NCBI GenBank assembly: GCA_949296075.1
Contig: CASFNG010000003.1
Location: 113,419 to 177,418 of the forward strand
Source: an uncultured Parabacteroides sp.
Lineage (GTDB): Bacteria > Bacteroidota > Bacteroidia > Bacteroidales > Tannerellaceae
Length of the DNA: 64,000 nucleotides
Direction of reading: 5' to 3'
In this document: positions 9,417-19,422 of the stretch, in pieces
Layout of the letters: each line of letters starts with the position of its first letter
Position numbering within the stretch: position 1 is the stretch's first letter
Position numbers and translations under genes: made by a program
Notes under the pieces: model-generated
The model's input: the letters and a program-made list of their open reading frames with translations, nothing else
Told to the model about the DNA's origin: nothing
The model's database searches: none

Positions 9417-12400
9417 TCTACGTTCACCTTGTATTTATTCTTATAAGCGTTGTAGGGAGCCATATACTCCTCTGTCTCCAACTGACGGCGCATATCCGCA
9501 TAGATATTCTTGTACCATTTATGCGTCTGGCTCATCAGCTCGCGATCTGAAAGCTCCTTGATATGGTCAACAGGGACGCGCTCGTGTACCTGTAAGGTGG
9601 CACGGCCCTGCCGAAGCATGAAATCGTGTTTGGGCAACACGTCGTACAAGCCGTGGATGCATATAGGCAAGATGTCGATCTCCAAGGCTTTCGCCAAGGT
9701 AAACGCCCCTTTATGGAACCGCCCGATGCTCCCGTCCGGGGTACGAGTCCCTTCCGGAAATACCAAGACACTGTACCCTCTTCGCACAAGATCTCTCAGA
9801 TAGGGATAATTCTGGTCATATCCGCTGGAGACCGGCCGGAATTCCGCCGTATGGATGACCACCCCGTAATAAGGATTGTTCCATACCCAGTCGTTTGTCA
9901 GCACGATAATCTTGGGAGAGAGCTGCATGACCGCCATAAGATCGAGATGCGACTGATGATTGCAGACGATAACTGCCGGTTTCTCGAAGGTCTCTCCCAC
10001 CGTGTTGATCTCCTTGAACCTCACCCCCGGCACGTTCCGGATCACGAAATGGGCGATCCGACACAGCAGACGGTGGTAGAACCGCTCCCCATTCCAGATC
10101 TTTTGCAACGGTCTATGGATTAAGATCGTGTAAGGTATCAATAATCCGAACATACCACACAGGAAAAACGAGATGGAGAACAGGGAAGCGGCCAAGCGGC
10201 GCAGGGTAATGGGATATTCCCTCCTCTTCCCGCCTTTTTCCGTCAGCCAGCGGAATACCAAAGGCGGCAAATAGTAAGACATGATGACCACGGTGATCAT
10301 CCCGATAATAGCCACCTCCGCCAACGAGCGCATAGCGGGATGCTTGCTGAATATCAAGGTGCCTATACCGATGAACATGATGATCGCGGACAATGCCACG
10401 CTGTTCTTGTAATGGGCCAGGCGCTGTTTGCCTGTCGTATATTCATACATAAGTCCTTCGGTGATGAAGATCGTATAATCGTCCCCTTGTCCGAAAATAA
10501 ACGTGGCCAAGATAATATTGACGATGTTGAACTGGATCCCCAGCAACTGCATGATCCCCAAGATCCATATCCAGCTGACGGCCAAGGGGAGGAAAGATAA
10601 GAGACTTAGCTCGATACTCCCGAACGATAGCCAAAGGAACAGGAACACGACAAAGCCGCACACGAAGCCGATATAATCGAACGAATCAGACAAGACCTCC
10701 GCCAGATGGTTGCTGACATCGGCCTGGGAGAATACGAAACAGCCTTCCGGCAAGGCTGCATCGATGCGTTTCTCGATCGTTGCCGCCCCGGACTTATCCA
10801 CATGGACGAAATTCACGATCTTATAACCATCGGAAGCCTGCATGATAAATCGCTTCCCTATCAATTTATGGAAAAGAGTGCTTTCCGGGGATACGCCATC
10901 TTTTTGGGAAAGGTTGGTCGCCATTTCCTTAAAAGGCCGAAAGGATTCTGCGGAAAAGCCCGCACGTTCGACCGTCTTGTCGAACTCACGGATGATTCCC
11001 GGGTGATCGTGCCAGAAAGCGTCCCATCTTGCCGCTCGACGCTCACGCAGGCTATCGGACGGTATCAGCCCCGCGATGCCAACCAGCTTGCGTACGCCCT
11101 TTGTCGGGGCTATCTTCCCGGCCAAGACCTCGTTGTTGCGCAACGCCTCGTCAAGAGTCTTGCCTTCCGCCACGGCGTAAAGGACGGAGATACTGTCGCC
11201 CTTGCTTTGCATACTCGACGACAAGAATCGTAAATCATCACGCTGCTCCGGCAACATATAGTTGATATGCTGCATATCCGAGTCGAAGGAGGTACCGGTG
11301 CTGAAATACCCAAATAACACGGTCAGGCCGACTATCAGCGCGAACAGGGCACGGCTTGCCCGCTTGCCCTCCGGAAGCCGTAAGGAACCGAAGCTAAAAC
11401 CTTTCTCGATGGTGGTAGACGACGGACGTGGCTTCAAGAAAATCGGGAGGCAGATGAGCACGAACAATATGGTTCCGATGAGGGTAAGGGAGCCAAACAG
11501 CCCTAAATCCCGCATCGCCTGGGCATCGAGCAGCACTAAGCATAAGAAGGCGCTGACGGTAGTGATGTTGCCCACGAGCAAAGGGGGGATCATCTCCTTA
11601 AGCGCCTCGCGCATATTCGTCTCATGCTTAAGATGGTCGATGAAATGCAAGGGGTAATTGACGGCGATACCGATAATAACGGATCCAATGCCTATCACGA
11701 TCAACGAGATGCTATCTCTCAGCAAAGCGATTACCCCCAAGGCGAACAGCCAACCGACCAAGACGGAAATCCCGATCCAGGCCAGATCTCCAATCCGCCG
11801 GAATGAGTAAAACAGGATCAATAGGATAAGAACCACGGCAAGTGCCACGGCGAGCTGGCTGTCCGACTTGATCTGCTGGGCGTTGGTCACGGCGATCAAG
11901 GGAGCCCCGATCGCGGAAATCTCCAAGGATGGGCAGGAAGAGCGCACCTCCTCCATGCAATCATCCAGCAGCCGCTGTAATTTTTGGTTATTGTATGACT
12001 CGCTTATCCCGAACGGGGATTCGAGTAGCGCGATCCCCACGCTATCCTTAAAAAGATAGCCGTCGATCGTCTTATAAGTGTCGTCCACGTTCAGCTCTCT
12101 CAGCCGCCCGGTAATACCGGAACTAAGGAGCAAAGGATCGTAAGGCAGGCTTTGCGCCATGAAACTTCCGGTCGGGAGCATGAGCATCTGCCGGTTCCGG
12201 TCCATCTGGGCCGACAGGAAGTCGGGGGAAGCCACCAAAGAGTCCAAGCGTTGGTAATCCGCCTCGGTAAGGAGGAATGGATAATCTCGCCAGATCTCTC
12301 TGAGCATCTCCATCATCGCGGCCTCGTCCACCTGTATTTGAAGGTTTTGGATAATATGCCCGGTATCACGTTTGGCGACAACCTCCCCAAACGCGTCCAT

Positions 12401-12661
12401 CGCCTCCTCGATTGCCGGCAGATTGTCTTCGCTTCCCTTAAAGATAACCGCGATACGGTTTTGTCCACCCATGTTATTGAACACCTCCGTATATTTGGAA
12501 GTCTGCTCGTCGAGGGGCATGAACGCGGAAATATCCTCGTCATAATCCAATCGCAAAGTAGCCAATGCGCCACATAACACGATAATCACCCCAACGATCA
12601 TACGGAGTGCTCTCTTATGGGAAGAGAAGAAATCGAATATTTTCAAGAACAGTTTACTCAT
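9413..12661 (-). CDS. MMPL/RND lipid exporter fused to a C-terminal PlsC acyltransferase
   Basis: 1082 aa; two TM bundles (GIAVNYPLH, GQGDDYTIF) followed by NHQSHLD/FPEGTR. Confidence 0.88.
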   Translation of the reverse strand: MSKLFLKIFDFFSSHKRALRMIVGVIIVLCGALATLRLDYDEDISAFMPLDEQTSKYTEVFNNMGGQNRIAVIFKGSEDNLPAIEEAMDAFGEVVAKRDTGHIIQNLQIQVDEAAMMEMLREIWRDYPFLLTEADYQRLDSLVASPDFLSAQMDRNRQMLMLPTGSFMAQSLPYDPLLLSSGITGRLRELNVDDTYKTIDGYLFKDSVGIALLESPFGISESYNNQKLQRLLDDCMEEVRSSCPSLEISAIGAPLIAVTNAQQIKSDSQLAVALAVVLILLILFYSFRRIGDLAWIGISVLVGWLFALGVIALLRDSISLIVIGIGSVIIGIAVNYPLHFIDHLKHETNMREALKEMIPPLLVGNITTVSAFLCLVLLDAQAMRDLGLFGSLTLIGTILFVLICLPIFLKPRPSSTTIEKGFSFGSLRLPEGKRASRALFALIVGLTVLFGYFSTGTSFDSDMQHINYMLPEQRDDLRFLSSSMQSKGDSISVLYAVAEGKTLDEALRNNEVLAGKIAPTKGVRKLVGIAGLIPSDSLRERRAARWDAFWHDHPGIIREFDKTVERAGFSAESFRPFKEMATNLSQKDGVSPESTLFHKLIGKRFIMQASDGYKIVNFVHVDKSGAATIEKRIDAALPEGCFVFSQADVSNHLAEVLSDSFDYIGFVCGFVVFLFLWLSFGSIELSLLSFLPLAVSWIWILGIMQLLGIQFNIVNIILATFIFGQGDDYTIFITEGLMYEYTTGKQRLAHYKNSVALSAIIMFIGIGTLIFSKHPAMRSLAEVAIIGMITVVIMSYYLPPLVFRWLTEKGGKRREYPITLRRLAASLFSISFFLCGMFGLLIPYTILIHRPLQKIWNGERFYHRLLCRIAHFVIRNVPGVRFKEINTVGETFEKPAVIVCNHQSHLDLMAVMQLSPKIIVLTNDWVWNNPYYGVVIHTAEFRPVSSGYDQNYPYLRDLVRRGYSVLVFPEGTRTPDGSIGRFHKGAFTLAKALEIDILPICIHGLYDVLPKHDFMLRQGRATLQVHERVPVDHIKELSDRELMSQTHKWYKNIYADMRRQLETEEYMAPYNAYKNKYKVNVE

Positions 12662-13409
12662 AAACCGACGGACTGACTGTTTTTCTAACTAAACGTTTGT
12701 TTATAACCCTCGCGAATTTAGCTGGGAATCCATAAACGACCGCCAAAAAGCAAAGCACCGTATTCAGCAGACTGATCCGTGCGAAATCATAAATAGGGCG
12801 AAAATGGCTCACACGCTCATCACTTGGCGGATAATATACCCGTACAGGGATCGGGATGATCCGGATACCTTTCCATGCCGCATAGACCAACATCTCTAAT
12901 TCAGCCTCGTATCGGGAGGTAATCCACCTTAGTTTACCCATCTTACGGAGAGGATACAGGCGAAAGCCCGTTTGGGTATCCGGCAAAGTGATACCGGTTT
13001 GCAATTTGAACCAGAAATTAGAGAATTTGTTGGCGAACGTATTTTGGGCAGGCATGTTTCTTTCCGTCAAATTCCGGCTGCCGATAATCAAGCTATCAGG
13101 GGATAACTCATGTGCCTTGAGGAAGGCAGGAATATCACTCGCGAAATGTTGCCCGTCCGCATCCAAGGTAATGGCATATTCGAAGCCGGCTTTACGGGCA
13201 TACTCGAAGCCGGTACGTAGCGCATATCCTTTTCCCTGATTCCTGTCATGATGGACGATCGTGACACCCGTGCCAGCCAATTGAGCGTCCGTATCGTCGG
13301 TGCACCCATCGTTCACCACGATAACGTCGCGGGTATAGCGTCGTATATCCAAGACTACCTTGCGGATGGTACGGCCATTATTGTATGTCGGAACGATTAC
13401 GCACCACAT
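12654..13409 (-). CDS. Glycosyltransferase family 2 (polyprenol-phosphate GT-like)
   Basis: VPTYNN, VNDGCTD, DADGQH, DTQTGFRLYP. Confidence 0.88.
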   Translation of the reverse strand: MWCVIVPTYNNGRTIRKVVLDIRRYTRDVIVVNDGCTDDTDAQLAGTGVTIVHHDRNQGKGYALRTGFEYARKAGFEYAITLDADGQHFASDIPAFLKAHELSPDSLIIGSRNLTERNMPAQNTFANKFSNFWFKLQTGITLPDTQTGFRLYPLRKMGKLRWITSRYEAELEMLVYAAWKGIRIIPIPVRVYYPPSDERVSHFRPIYDFARISLLNTVLCFLAVVYGFPAKFARVINKRLVRKTVSPSVYE

Positions 13410-13764
13410 GATAAGTCATCGACATCTTGGAAAATAGGGTATCCCCCTGCTCTAACACGATAAGTACCCGGCAAGTATCCTCTTCTTGGACCAGTCTCGT
13501 GAATCTCACGGTCAGTTCCTTCACCGTTTCCGGGGAGATCACGGCCATATATTTCACGTTCTTGATGTCCGTGAGGCAAACTTCCGCGTCAAGGTAGCGG
13601 GCAAGAAGCTCGGTCACCATCTGGATCTGGCAAACACCCGGGGTAATGGGGCTCCCCGGAAAGTGAGCCTTGTAGATCTCGTGCTCCGGGTTGAGCCGAA
13701 TCTCCGCCGAAAGATCATCCGGATGAAGCTCTCGTGTTATATAAAAAAACTCATTCAGTAACAT
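13378..13764 (-). CDS. FabA/FabZ-like hydroxyacyl-ACP dehydratase
   Basis: AHFPGSPITPGVCQI hot-dog fold motif. Confidence 0.85.
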   Translation of the reverse strand: MLLNEFFYITRELHPDDLSAEIRLNPEHEIYKAHFPGSPITPGVCQIQMVTELLARYLDAEVCLTDIKNVKYMAVISPETVKELTVRFTRLVQEEDTCRVLIVLEQGDTLFSKMSMTYHVVRNRSDIQ

Positions 13765-14182
13765 TTTCTATCGGTCGTAAATGATAAGTTATCTTGAATC
13801 GTCTGTTTGTCAGCGTGATCGAGCTATCAGCTTCTCTTACGAGAACTCGGTTCCTTACGCTTTTCCTTTCCGGATTGAACAGCAAGGACATATCCTTCGC
13901 TATCCCTTTCCGGATATACCATCTGTCCAAAGGAGCGATCACGTTCCGCAGCTTGACCTTATCCCTCTTCTTGGTATATATCGCATCGAAGGCCTTGATC
14001 CCAAACTCATTGACAACGCTCATCACCCCTCCATCACCTTCCATGCGCATGATGCATAAGCCGGATATACTTCCTCCCTTAGGAAAAGAGATCCGGATGC
14101 TATATTGACGTAGCTCTTGAGCTTGGATTGCCCCGGCCTCCCATAACAGAAAGAGAGACAGCGCACAGATAAACCTGCGCAT
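13751..14182 (-). CDS. Exported hypothetical protein typical of aryl-polyene-like clusters
   Basis: Signal peptide-like N-terminus, VNEFGIKAFD motif, in-operon position after the LolA-like gene. Confidence 0.6.
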   Translation of the reverse strand: MRRFICALSLFLLWEAGAIQAQELRQYSIRISFPKGGSISGLCIMRMEGDGGVMSVVNEFGIKAFDAIYTKKRDKVKLRNVIAPLDRWYIRKGIAKDMSLLFNPERKSVRNRVLVREADSSITLTNRRFKITYHLRPIENVTE

Positions 14183-14186
14183 GGCC

Positions 14187-14822
14187 CTATTTAACCGAGA
14201 ATACCGCATCATCTATCGTTTTGTTCCGCTGTATATTCTTCATATCGATCCGGGTTATATCGCCACTTTTCTCAACCAACTCCACCCGTTTCACCATCTG
14301 TATGGAAGGGTAGATATAGAGCCGGACGAAACTGAACAACTGCGCCAGCTCCTTCTGCCGGGGAACGAGCTGAGCCATCCATTGATTCTCCTCCAAGTAC
14401 ATGGTCACCTTGAAATCCTCCGAGTCTTCCAGGCATTTTCCCGTGACGCTATTCATCATGATACGGGCGATTTGCTGGAACATCTTGCTCGATCTCACAT
14501 CCACCACATCAGTCTTGTCCGACGATTTCAAGAGCACCTTACCCTCATTCAAGATAAAAATATAAGAATAGGGAGAGGTGTATTCCCAGCGCAGGAATCT
14601 CCCGTCCTTATAATACATCTTCCCCTCGGAGACCATCGAGCTCTTGAGGAGAGAGAGCTGCTTGACTTGCTTGAAGTCGCATTCCAAGGAACGCATCTTC
14701 TCGGCAGCCAGACAGACCTGTTGTACCATACTTTCGCTTTCTGCCTCGCTCACCAGCTTTTGAGCCGATGCCGACATGACGGCCAACGAAAGCCCTATCA
14801 CACAAAAATATCTCTTATTCAT
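14187..14822 (-). CDS. LolA-like lipid/lipoprotein carrier
   Basis: Signal peptide; CDFKQVK...SEGKMYY...LRWEYTSPY pattern. Confidence 0.82.
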   Translation of the reverse strand: MNKRYFCVIGLSLAVMSASAQKLVSEAESESMVQQVCLAAEKMRSLECDFKQVKQLSLLKSSMVSEGKMYYKDGRFLRWEYTSPYSYIFILNEGKVLLKSSDKTDVVDVRSSKMFQQIARIMMNSVTGKCLEDSEDFKVTMYLEENQWMAQLVPRQKELAQLFSFVRLYIYPSIQMVKRVELVEKSGDITRIDMKNIQRNKTIDDAVFSVK

Positions 14823-14837
14823 ATATTTCCCTCCGAA

Positions 14838-15191
14838 TTATTTCAATATCAACATACAACCACAAACAATCAATATGCAGCCCACCCAGCGGTAAACCGG
14901 TACCGTCTCGTGAAAAAACAAGATAGCGGCAAACATGGATATGACATAACTCAGGCTGATCATCGGATAGGCCATGCTAAAGGGGAAGTTCTTGAGGATA
15001 TACATCCACAATAGAGAGGCCGCCCCATAGCATAGCCCGCAGGCGGCAAACTGCCAATTCCCAAATAATGACATCCAGAATTCGCGTGTCCAGCCAAACG
15101 GAAGCATCTTCTGCAAGGCGAACTTCAGCAAGACTTGTCCCGACGAAAGCAGTACACACTGTACCAAGGAAAAAGGTAAAAGTTTCCACAT
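14838..15191 (-). CDS. Small DMT/EamA (ArnE/F-like) membrane protein
   Basis: 117 aa, 4 TM segments, GQVLLK and SMAYPMISLSYV...FFHE motifs. Confidence 0.78.
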   Translation of the reverse strand: MWKLLPFSLVQCVLLSSGQVLLKFALQKMLPFGWTREFWMSLFGNWQFAACGLCYGAASLLWMYILKNFPFSMAYPMISLSYVISMFAAILFFHETVPVYRWVGCILIVCGCMLILK

Positions 15192-15195
15192 ATCC

Positions 15196-16995
15196 TTATT
15201 GTTTCTCGATTACCATCGCCACCGAGGTGATCCCAACCGGGATCCTTACCCCCCGCAAGCGAAAAACCATATCCTGTAAGACAGGAGTCACCTCATTATG
15301 ATACCCGATAAGCGCGTTCTTGATCTTACCTTGACGCATCAACCGTAAGGCGTCTCGCAAGCAAAGATCCAGAACCTCCCGCTCCTCGGGTCCCGTATAG
15401 GTCACATTATAGCCGTGAGAGCGGGTATGTATGGCCAAAGCCCCGGCGATCGTATTATGCGTACTTTGCATGAAAAGCGTAGGGCTCACACCCTGTTCCC
15501 CCTCCTCGCAAAGTTTCTGGAGAATCTTCTCGCTGTTTTCCAACATTCCATAGGAAGTTCCTACCAAAATAGCGTCAGGGATTTCAATCCCCGCCTCCCG
15601 CAAGGCGGAGAGGGAAGTCATCATCGCCGTTTTCAGGAGTTTACACAGACGGCGTGATTCCATAGGCGATATGAACTCCTTCAGGTTATCCATCGGATTC
15701 TCCGGCGTAGACCGGAACGTGGACCGAACCTTATACGACACCGGCCCGGCCGGGATTCCTTGAGAATGCATCTCTTTTCGGCATCCGATATTCGAGAGGA
15801 TCAGGGAAGAGTCGTTGCCTCCAAATCCGAAGCTGTTACACATCACGTGATTCATCTTGATCCCTGTCTGCCCCAATGAAGGTGTGATGCCTCCGGGAAT
15901 CTGCGTTTCCCAGCCCAGATTAGCCGGGATAAATTGATTAGACAAAGCTAATAGGCAAATCACCATCTCGATGCCACCAGAGGCGGAAGTGGCGTGCCCG
16001 GTAAAGGACTTCGTGCTTGACACGGGAGGCAGATGCCCCGGGAATACCCTCCTCAAGGCATTGCTCTCGCTAAGGTCGTTGTTTGGCGTCCCCGTCCCAT
16101 GCGCGTTCACGTAATCAATATCCCCGGGCTGTAATCCCGCCATTGAAAGCGCCTCCATCATGGCAAGATATGCCCCCTCCCCATTCTCCGAGGAGGCTGT
16201 CTGGTGGAAAGCGTCGCAGGTATTGCCATACCCTGACAGAAGGGCCAGCGGCTTTCCTCCCCGCCGCTCCACGGAGGATGCGCTTTCCAAGACCATGAAG
16301 GCGGCACCTTCCCCTAAGTTAAGGCCCTTACGGGTCTCGTCGAACGGGCGGCAACGCCGATTGTCAAGGATCATCAGTGAATTGAAACCATTCAGGTGGA
16401 AAAGGCTGAGCGCCTCGCTCCCTCCCGCTATCACGACCTCCGCCTCCCCTGCCTTGATCATATTGGCTCCCGTGATGAAGGCGTTAGCCGCCGAGGAGCA
16501 AGCCGTGGAGATCGTGATCGCATTTCGCTTGGGAATCCCGAAATATTCGGCCATGCGCTCAGTCGTGGAATCCGGATTATGCGTGTCCAACAAAGGAAGG
16601 AAATCATCCTTCCTTTGCATATCAAGGAAATGCCGCTCCGTATCATCCATACCACCTACGGTCGTCCCGGATATTAATACCGCGTCCGTAGCGTCGATAT
16701 TCGCCTGTTCCAAGACTTGCCGGATCGCCTCTATCCCCAAAAGTGTCGTACGATTACATTGTTTCTCGTCCGGGATACATAGTCGTCGGCGTAACGCTTC
16801 GTTAGATAGCTTTACCTCGCCACAAGGCAGCTCATGATGCCCGGATCGCAAGAGGCGGATCCCGGCGATCCCGGATCTCCCTTCCAATAGCGATCGCAGC
16901 ACCTCATCCCGATCGTTACCGATAGCGGAGATGATCCCTGCGCCTGTTATGTAAACCTCGTCTCGCATCCAACCGTCGTTTTTCCGGAATATCAT
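15196..16995 (-). CDS. Ketosynthase fused to a chain-length-factor-like domain (KS-CLF 2)
   Basis: STACSS, NAHGTGT, GHAT triad and NSFGFGG, then ~190 aa CLF-like tail (FMQSTHNTIAG). Confidence 0.88.
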   Translation of the reverse strand: MIFRKNDGWMRDEVYITGAGIISAIGNDRDEVLRSLLEGRSGIAGIRLLRSGHHELPCGEVKLSNEALRRRLCIPDEKQCNRTTLLGIEAIRQVLEQANIDATDAVLISGTTVGGMDDTERHFLDMQRKDDFLPLLDTHNPDSTTERMAEYFGIPKRNAITISTACSSAANAFITGANMIKAGEAEVVIAGGSEALSLFHLNGFNSLMILDNRRCRPFDETRKGLNLGEGAAFMVLESASSVERRGGKPLALLSGYGNTCDAFHQTASSENGEGAYLAMMEALSMAGLQPGDIDYVNAHGTGTPNNDLSESNALRRVFPGHLPPVSSTKSFTGHATSASGGIEMVICLLALSNQFIPANLGWETQIPGGITPSLGQTGIKMNHVMCNSFGFGGNDSSLILSNIGCRKEMHSQGIPAGPVSYKVRSTFRSTPENPMDNLKEFISPMESRRLCKLLKTAMMTSLSALREAGIEIPDAILVGTSYGMLENSEKILQKLCEEGEQGVSPTLFMQSTHNTIAGALAIHTRSHGYNVTYTGPEEREVLDLCLRDALRLMRQGKIKNALIGYHNEVTPVLQDMVFRLRGVRIPVGITSVAMVIEKQ

Positions 16996-17249
16996 TTCGT
17001 ACGATAGGCGGCGATATATTCCGCCATCGTATTTATGGACTTGAAGATCGCCTTACCTTCCGCGGGATCGCTTAGCTTGATGCCATAACGTTTCTCAAGC
17101 AATACGATCAACTCCAAGGCGTCGATCGAATCCAGCCCTAAACCGTCGCCGAAAAGAGGGGCATCATTATCAATGTCCTCTCCCGTAATATCCTCAAGAT
17201 TCAATGTCTTTATTATCTGCTCCTTAAGATCTGAAATGAGTTCTTCCAT
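16992..17249 (-). CDS. Acyl carrier protein (ACP2)
   Basis: LFGDGLGLDSIDALEL motif characteristic of aryl-polyene-type ACPs. Confidence 0.92.
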   Translation of the reverse strand: MEELISDLKEQIIKTLNLEDITGEDIDNDAPLFGDGLGLDSIDALELIVLLEKRYGIKLSDPAEGKAIFKSINTMAEYIAAYRTK

Positions 17250-17263
17250 CTGTTTTTTAGCTT

Positions 17264-19030
17264 TTATTTGATGATATATAATGTCGCCTCAAAGCGGTTC
17301 TCGTCTTGTATCTCGATCCATCCCCCTATCACGCTTCGTGTTCCCGGAGAACGCAAGGCTCGTTCCATCAAGGTCCTTACGTCGCTCCCTGAATCGCGCA
17401 TGAAGAAAGAGGTCTCTCCATGATAATGATTCCGTATAGCCACCTCTCCGGTCAATATATTCGGGAGAGTGTAAATGAACGCTGAAGGGCTTGGATAATA
17501 GTCATCCGTATGTTGGATAGTATCTTGATAACGCCTATCCGCGCATAAGGATCCACTATTCCCCACAAAAATCACGGCACGATCCTCACGTTCCACGAAC
17601 CGCTCCACACCCTCCGCTCTTGATTCCGCCTCCAATAGAAGCTCGGAAGCTATAAATCCCACTTTGCACAGCGGATCCATCTTGTAGAACTTTGGGTAAT
17701 CTCGTATATGGGTTTGATATAGATACTTTAGCAAAGGCATTCCAGACGCTTCCGTCCGTATTTCCATGCCATCGACAGAGGTTTCACGCTCCGTCAGATG
17801 TATCGTATGAGTTGCATTGTAAGAATAAGGAACGGCAAATCGCCATTCAATAGGAATATTTTCGTATCTTCGGAATAGCATAGCGGCGTTGCACCCTCCG
17901 AAGCCTGACATCATTTTCAGGAATGAGGATCCTTTGGTCTCTCGATGAGTGTCTGATAAATTGATATTGCGGCTGACGCCGATATGCTCGAATCCCTTCG
18001 TGGCAAGAACAGTATGATCTTCTACGGCCTCCATTGAGATCAATGTCTCAAGCACGCCCGAAGCCCCTAACGTATGCCCGAAGTAGCCTTTCAGTCCATT
18101 GGCGGGAATATGCTCCATTCCCATACGGCCAATCGCTACGGATTCCATCTCGTCATTAAATAAGGTGGCGGTCCCATGCACATTTATAAAGGCGATATTC
18201 GAGATGTCCTGAACTTCTAAGGTGGATCTCAAGGCCCGATAGGCTCCATCCGCTGTTTTCGATGGACTGGAGATATGGTAAGCATCATTCCTGATAGCGC
18301 CATTCGTGGCTACCCAAGTCCCTTGCGCCAATGGATTGTTCGCTACTTCGCCATAAATGACGCAGGCGGCGGCTTCCCCTAAGTTCAAACCTATCCTATC
18401 TTCATCGAAAGGACGGCATAATCCGGGAGAGACCGCTTTAAAAGACTGGAACCCACTAATTATAAAAGGAGATAATACATCAGCGCCCACAACGATCACA
18501 TATCGATAGAGATTTGCAGCGAGGATCCGGCAGGCCTCTATCTGAGCGCTTAAACCGGAGATACAAGCGTTACAAACCACCAGAGGCTCGTTGGGATTAT
18601 GAAACCATTTTGTGATTTGCCGGGCAGATTCTGTCAATAGCACCCGCTCCGGGGGATAGACATTTCCCTGTCTCTCGTCCAGCAACTCAATGTTTCCCTT
18701 GGTCGAGGCAATAATGAATAAGACTTCGCTGCTTCTTGGGTCAATACTTGCACTGCGCAAGGCCCCAATAACGGACAGAATAACCATTCGCTCAAACTTC
18801 GTATAGGAAGCGACAGGTATGCGTTCGCGCTCACAGGCTTTCAACAGTACCATCTCATCCATCATGGAAGCGACGAATGATCCAGGTATCCCCCATTTGC
18901 CCTCATATTCACGAAGCATGGTCTTGCCTGCTTTCACGCACTCATAATTCTCGTGAGTGCCTAATGCCAAAGGGGATACTATATAGTCTGATAGTTTCGC
19001 GATCATTCTGTAAGCCATTGTTTCTTCCAT
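17264..19030 (-). CDS. Ketosynthase fused to a CLF-like domain (KS-CLF 1)
   Basis: NACISG, NVHGT, GHTLG and SGFGG, then tail with YPKFYKMD and PSPSAFIYTLPNI. Confidence 0.86.
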   Translation of the reverse strand: MEETMAYRMIAKLSDYIVSPLALGTHENYECVKAGKTMLREYEGKWGIPGSFVASMMDEMVLLKACERERIPVASYTKFERMVILSVIGALRSASIDPRSSEVLFIIASTKGNIELLDERQGNVYPPERVLLTESARQITKWFHNPNEPLVVCNACISGLSAQIEACRILAANLYRYVIVVGADVLSPFIISGFQSFKAVSPGLCRPFDEDRIGLNLGEAAACVIYGEVANNPLAQGTWVATNGAIRNDAYHISSPSKTADGAYRALRSTLEVQDISNIAFINVHGTATLFNDEMESVAIGRMGMEHIPANGLKGYFGHTLGASGVLETLISMEAVEDHTVLATKGFEHIGVSRNINLSDTHRETKGSSFLKMMSGFGGCNAAMLFRRYENIPIEWRFAVPYSYNATHTIHLTERETSVDGMEIRTEASGMPLLKYLYQTHIRDYPKFYKMDPLCKVGFIASELLLEAESRAEGVERFVEREDRAVIFVGNSGSLCADRRYQDTIQHTDDYYPSPSAFIYTLPNILTGEVAIRNHYHGETSFFMRDSGSDVRTLMERALRSPGTRSVIGGWIEIQDENRFEATLYIIK

Positions 19031-19422
19031 TCCTCATAGAACGGAGGAGTGAACCACATCAAACGATATTGCGTGTCCGTGAATACCTGAACTGAATATC
19101 CAGTCGCTATCAAGCTATCGTCTGCTGTATCATGGATCTCATAATCAAATATGATTTTTGCCGCATCGGTCGGCCGATACTTGATCGTGATGCGGGGTCG
19201 CATCCCATAGACTAACGGTCTCTTATACTGGAAATTCAGCTCAACTAACGGAGCGAAATAGCCATTTTCGAAAATCTTCATGTAACCCAAGTCATACTTC
19301 TTACCGAATGCCTCACGGGCATCCTCAAAGTACAAGGGATAAGATCCATGCCAAACGACATTCATCGAATCCACCTCGCTGAATCGTATGTCAAACGCTA
19401 TGGTCTCTGTCAGTTCAGTCAT
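19003..19422 (-). CDS. 4HBT/YbgC-like acyl-CoA thioesterase
   Basis: RFSEVDSMNVVWHGSYPLYFEDAR; ATGA overlap with the upstream gene. Confidence 0.88.
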   Translation of the reverse strand: MTELTETIAFDIRFSEVDSMNVVWHGSYPLYFEDAREAFGKKYDLGYMKIFENGYFAPLVELNFQYKRPLVYGMRPRITIKYRPTDAAKIIFDYEIHDTADDSLIATGYSVQVFTDTQYRLMWFTPPFYEEWKKQWLTE

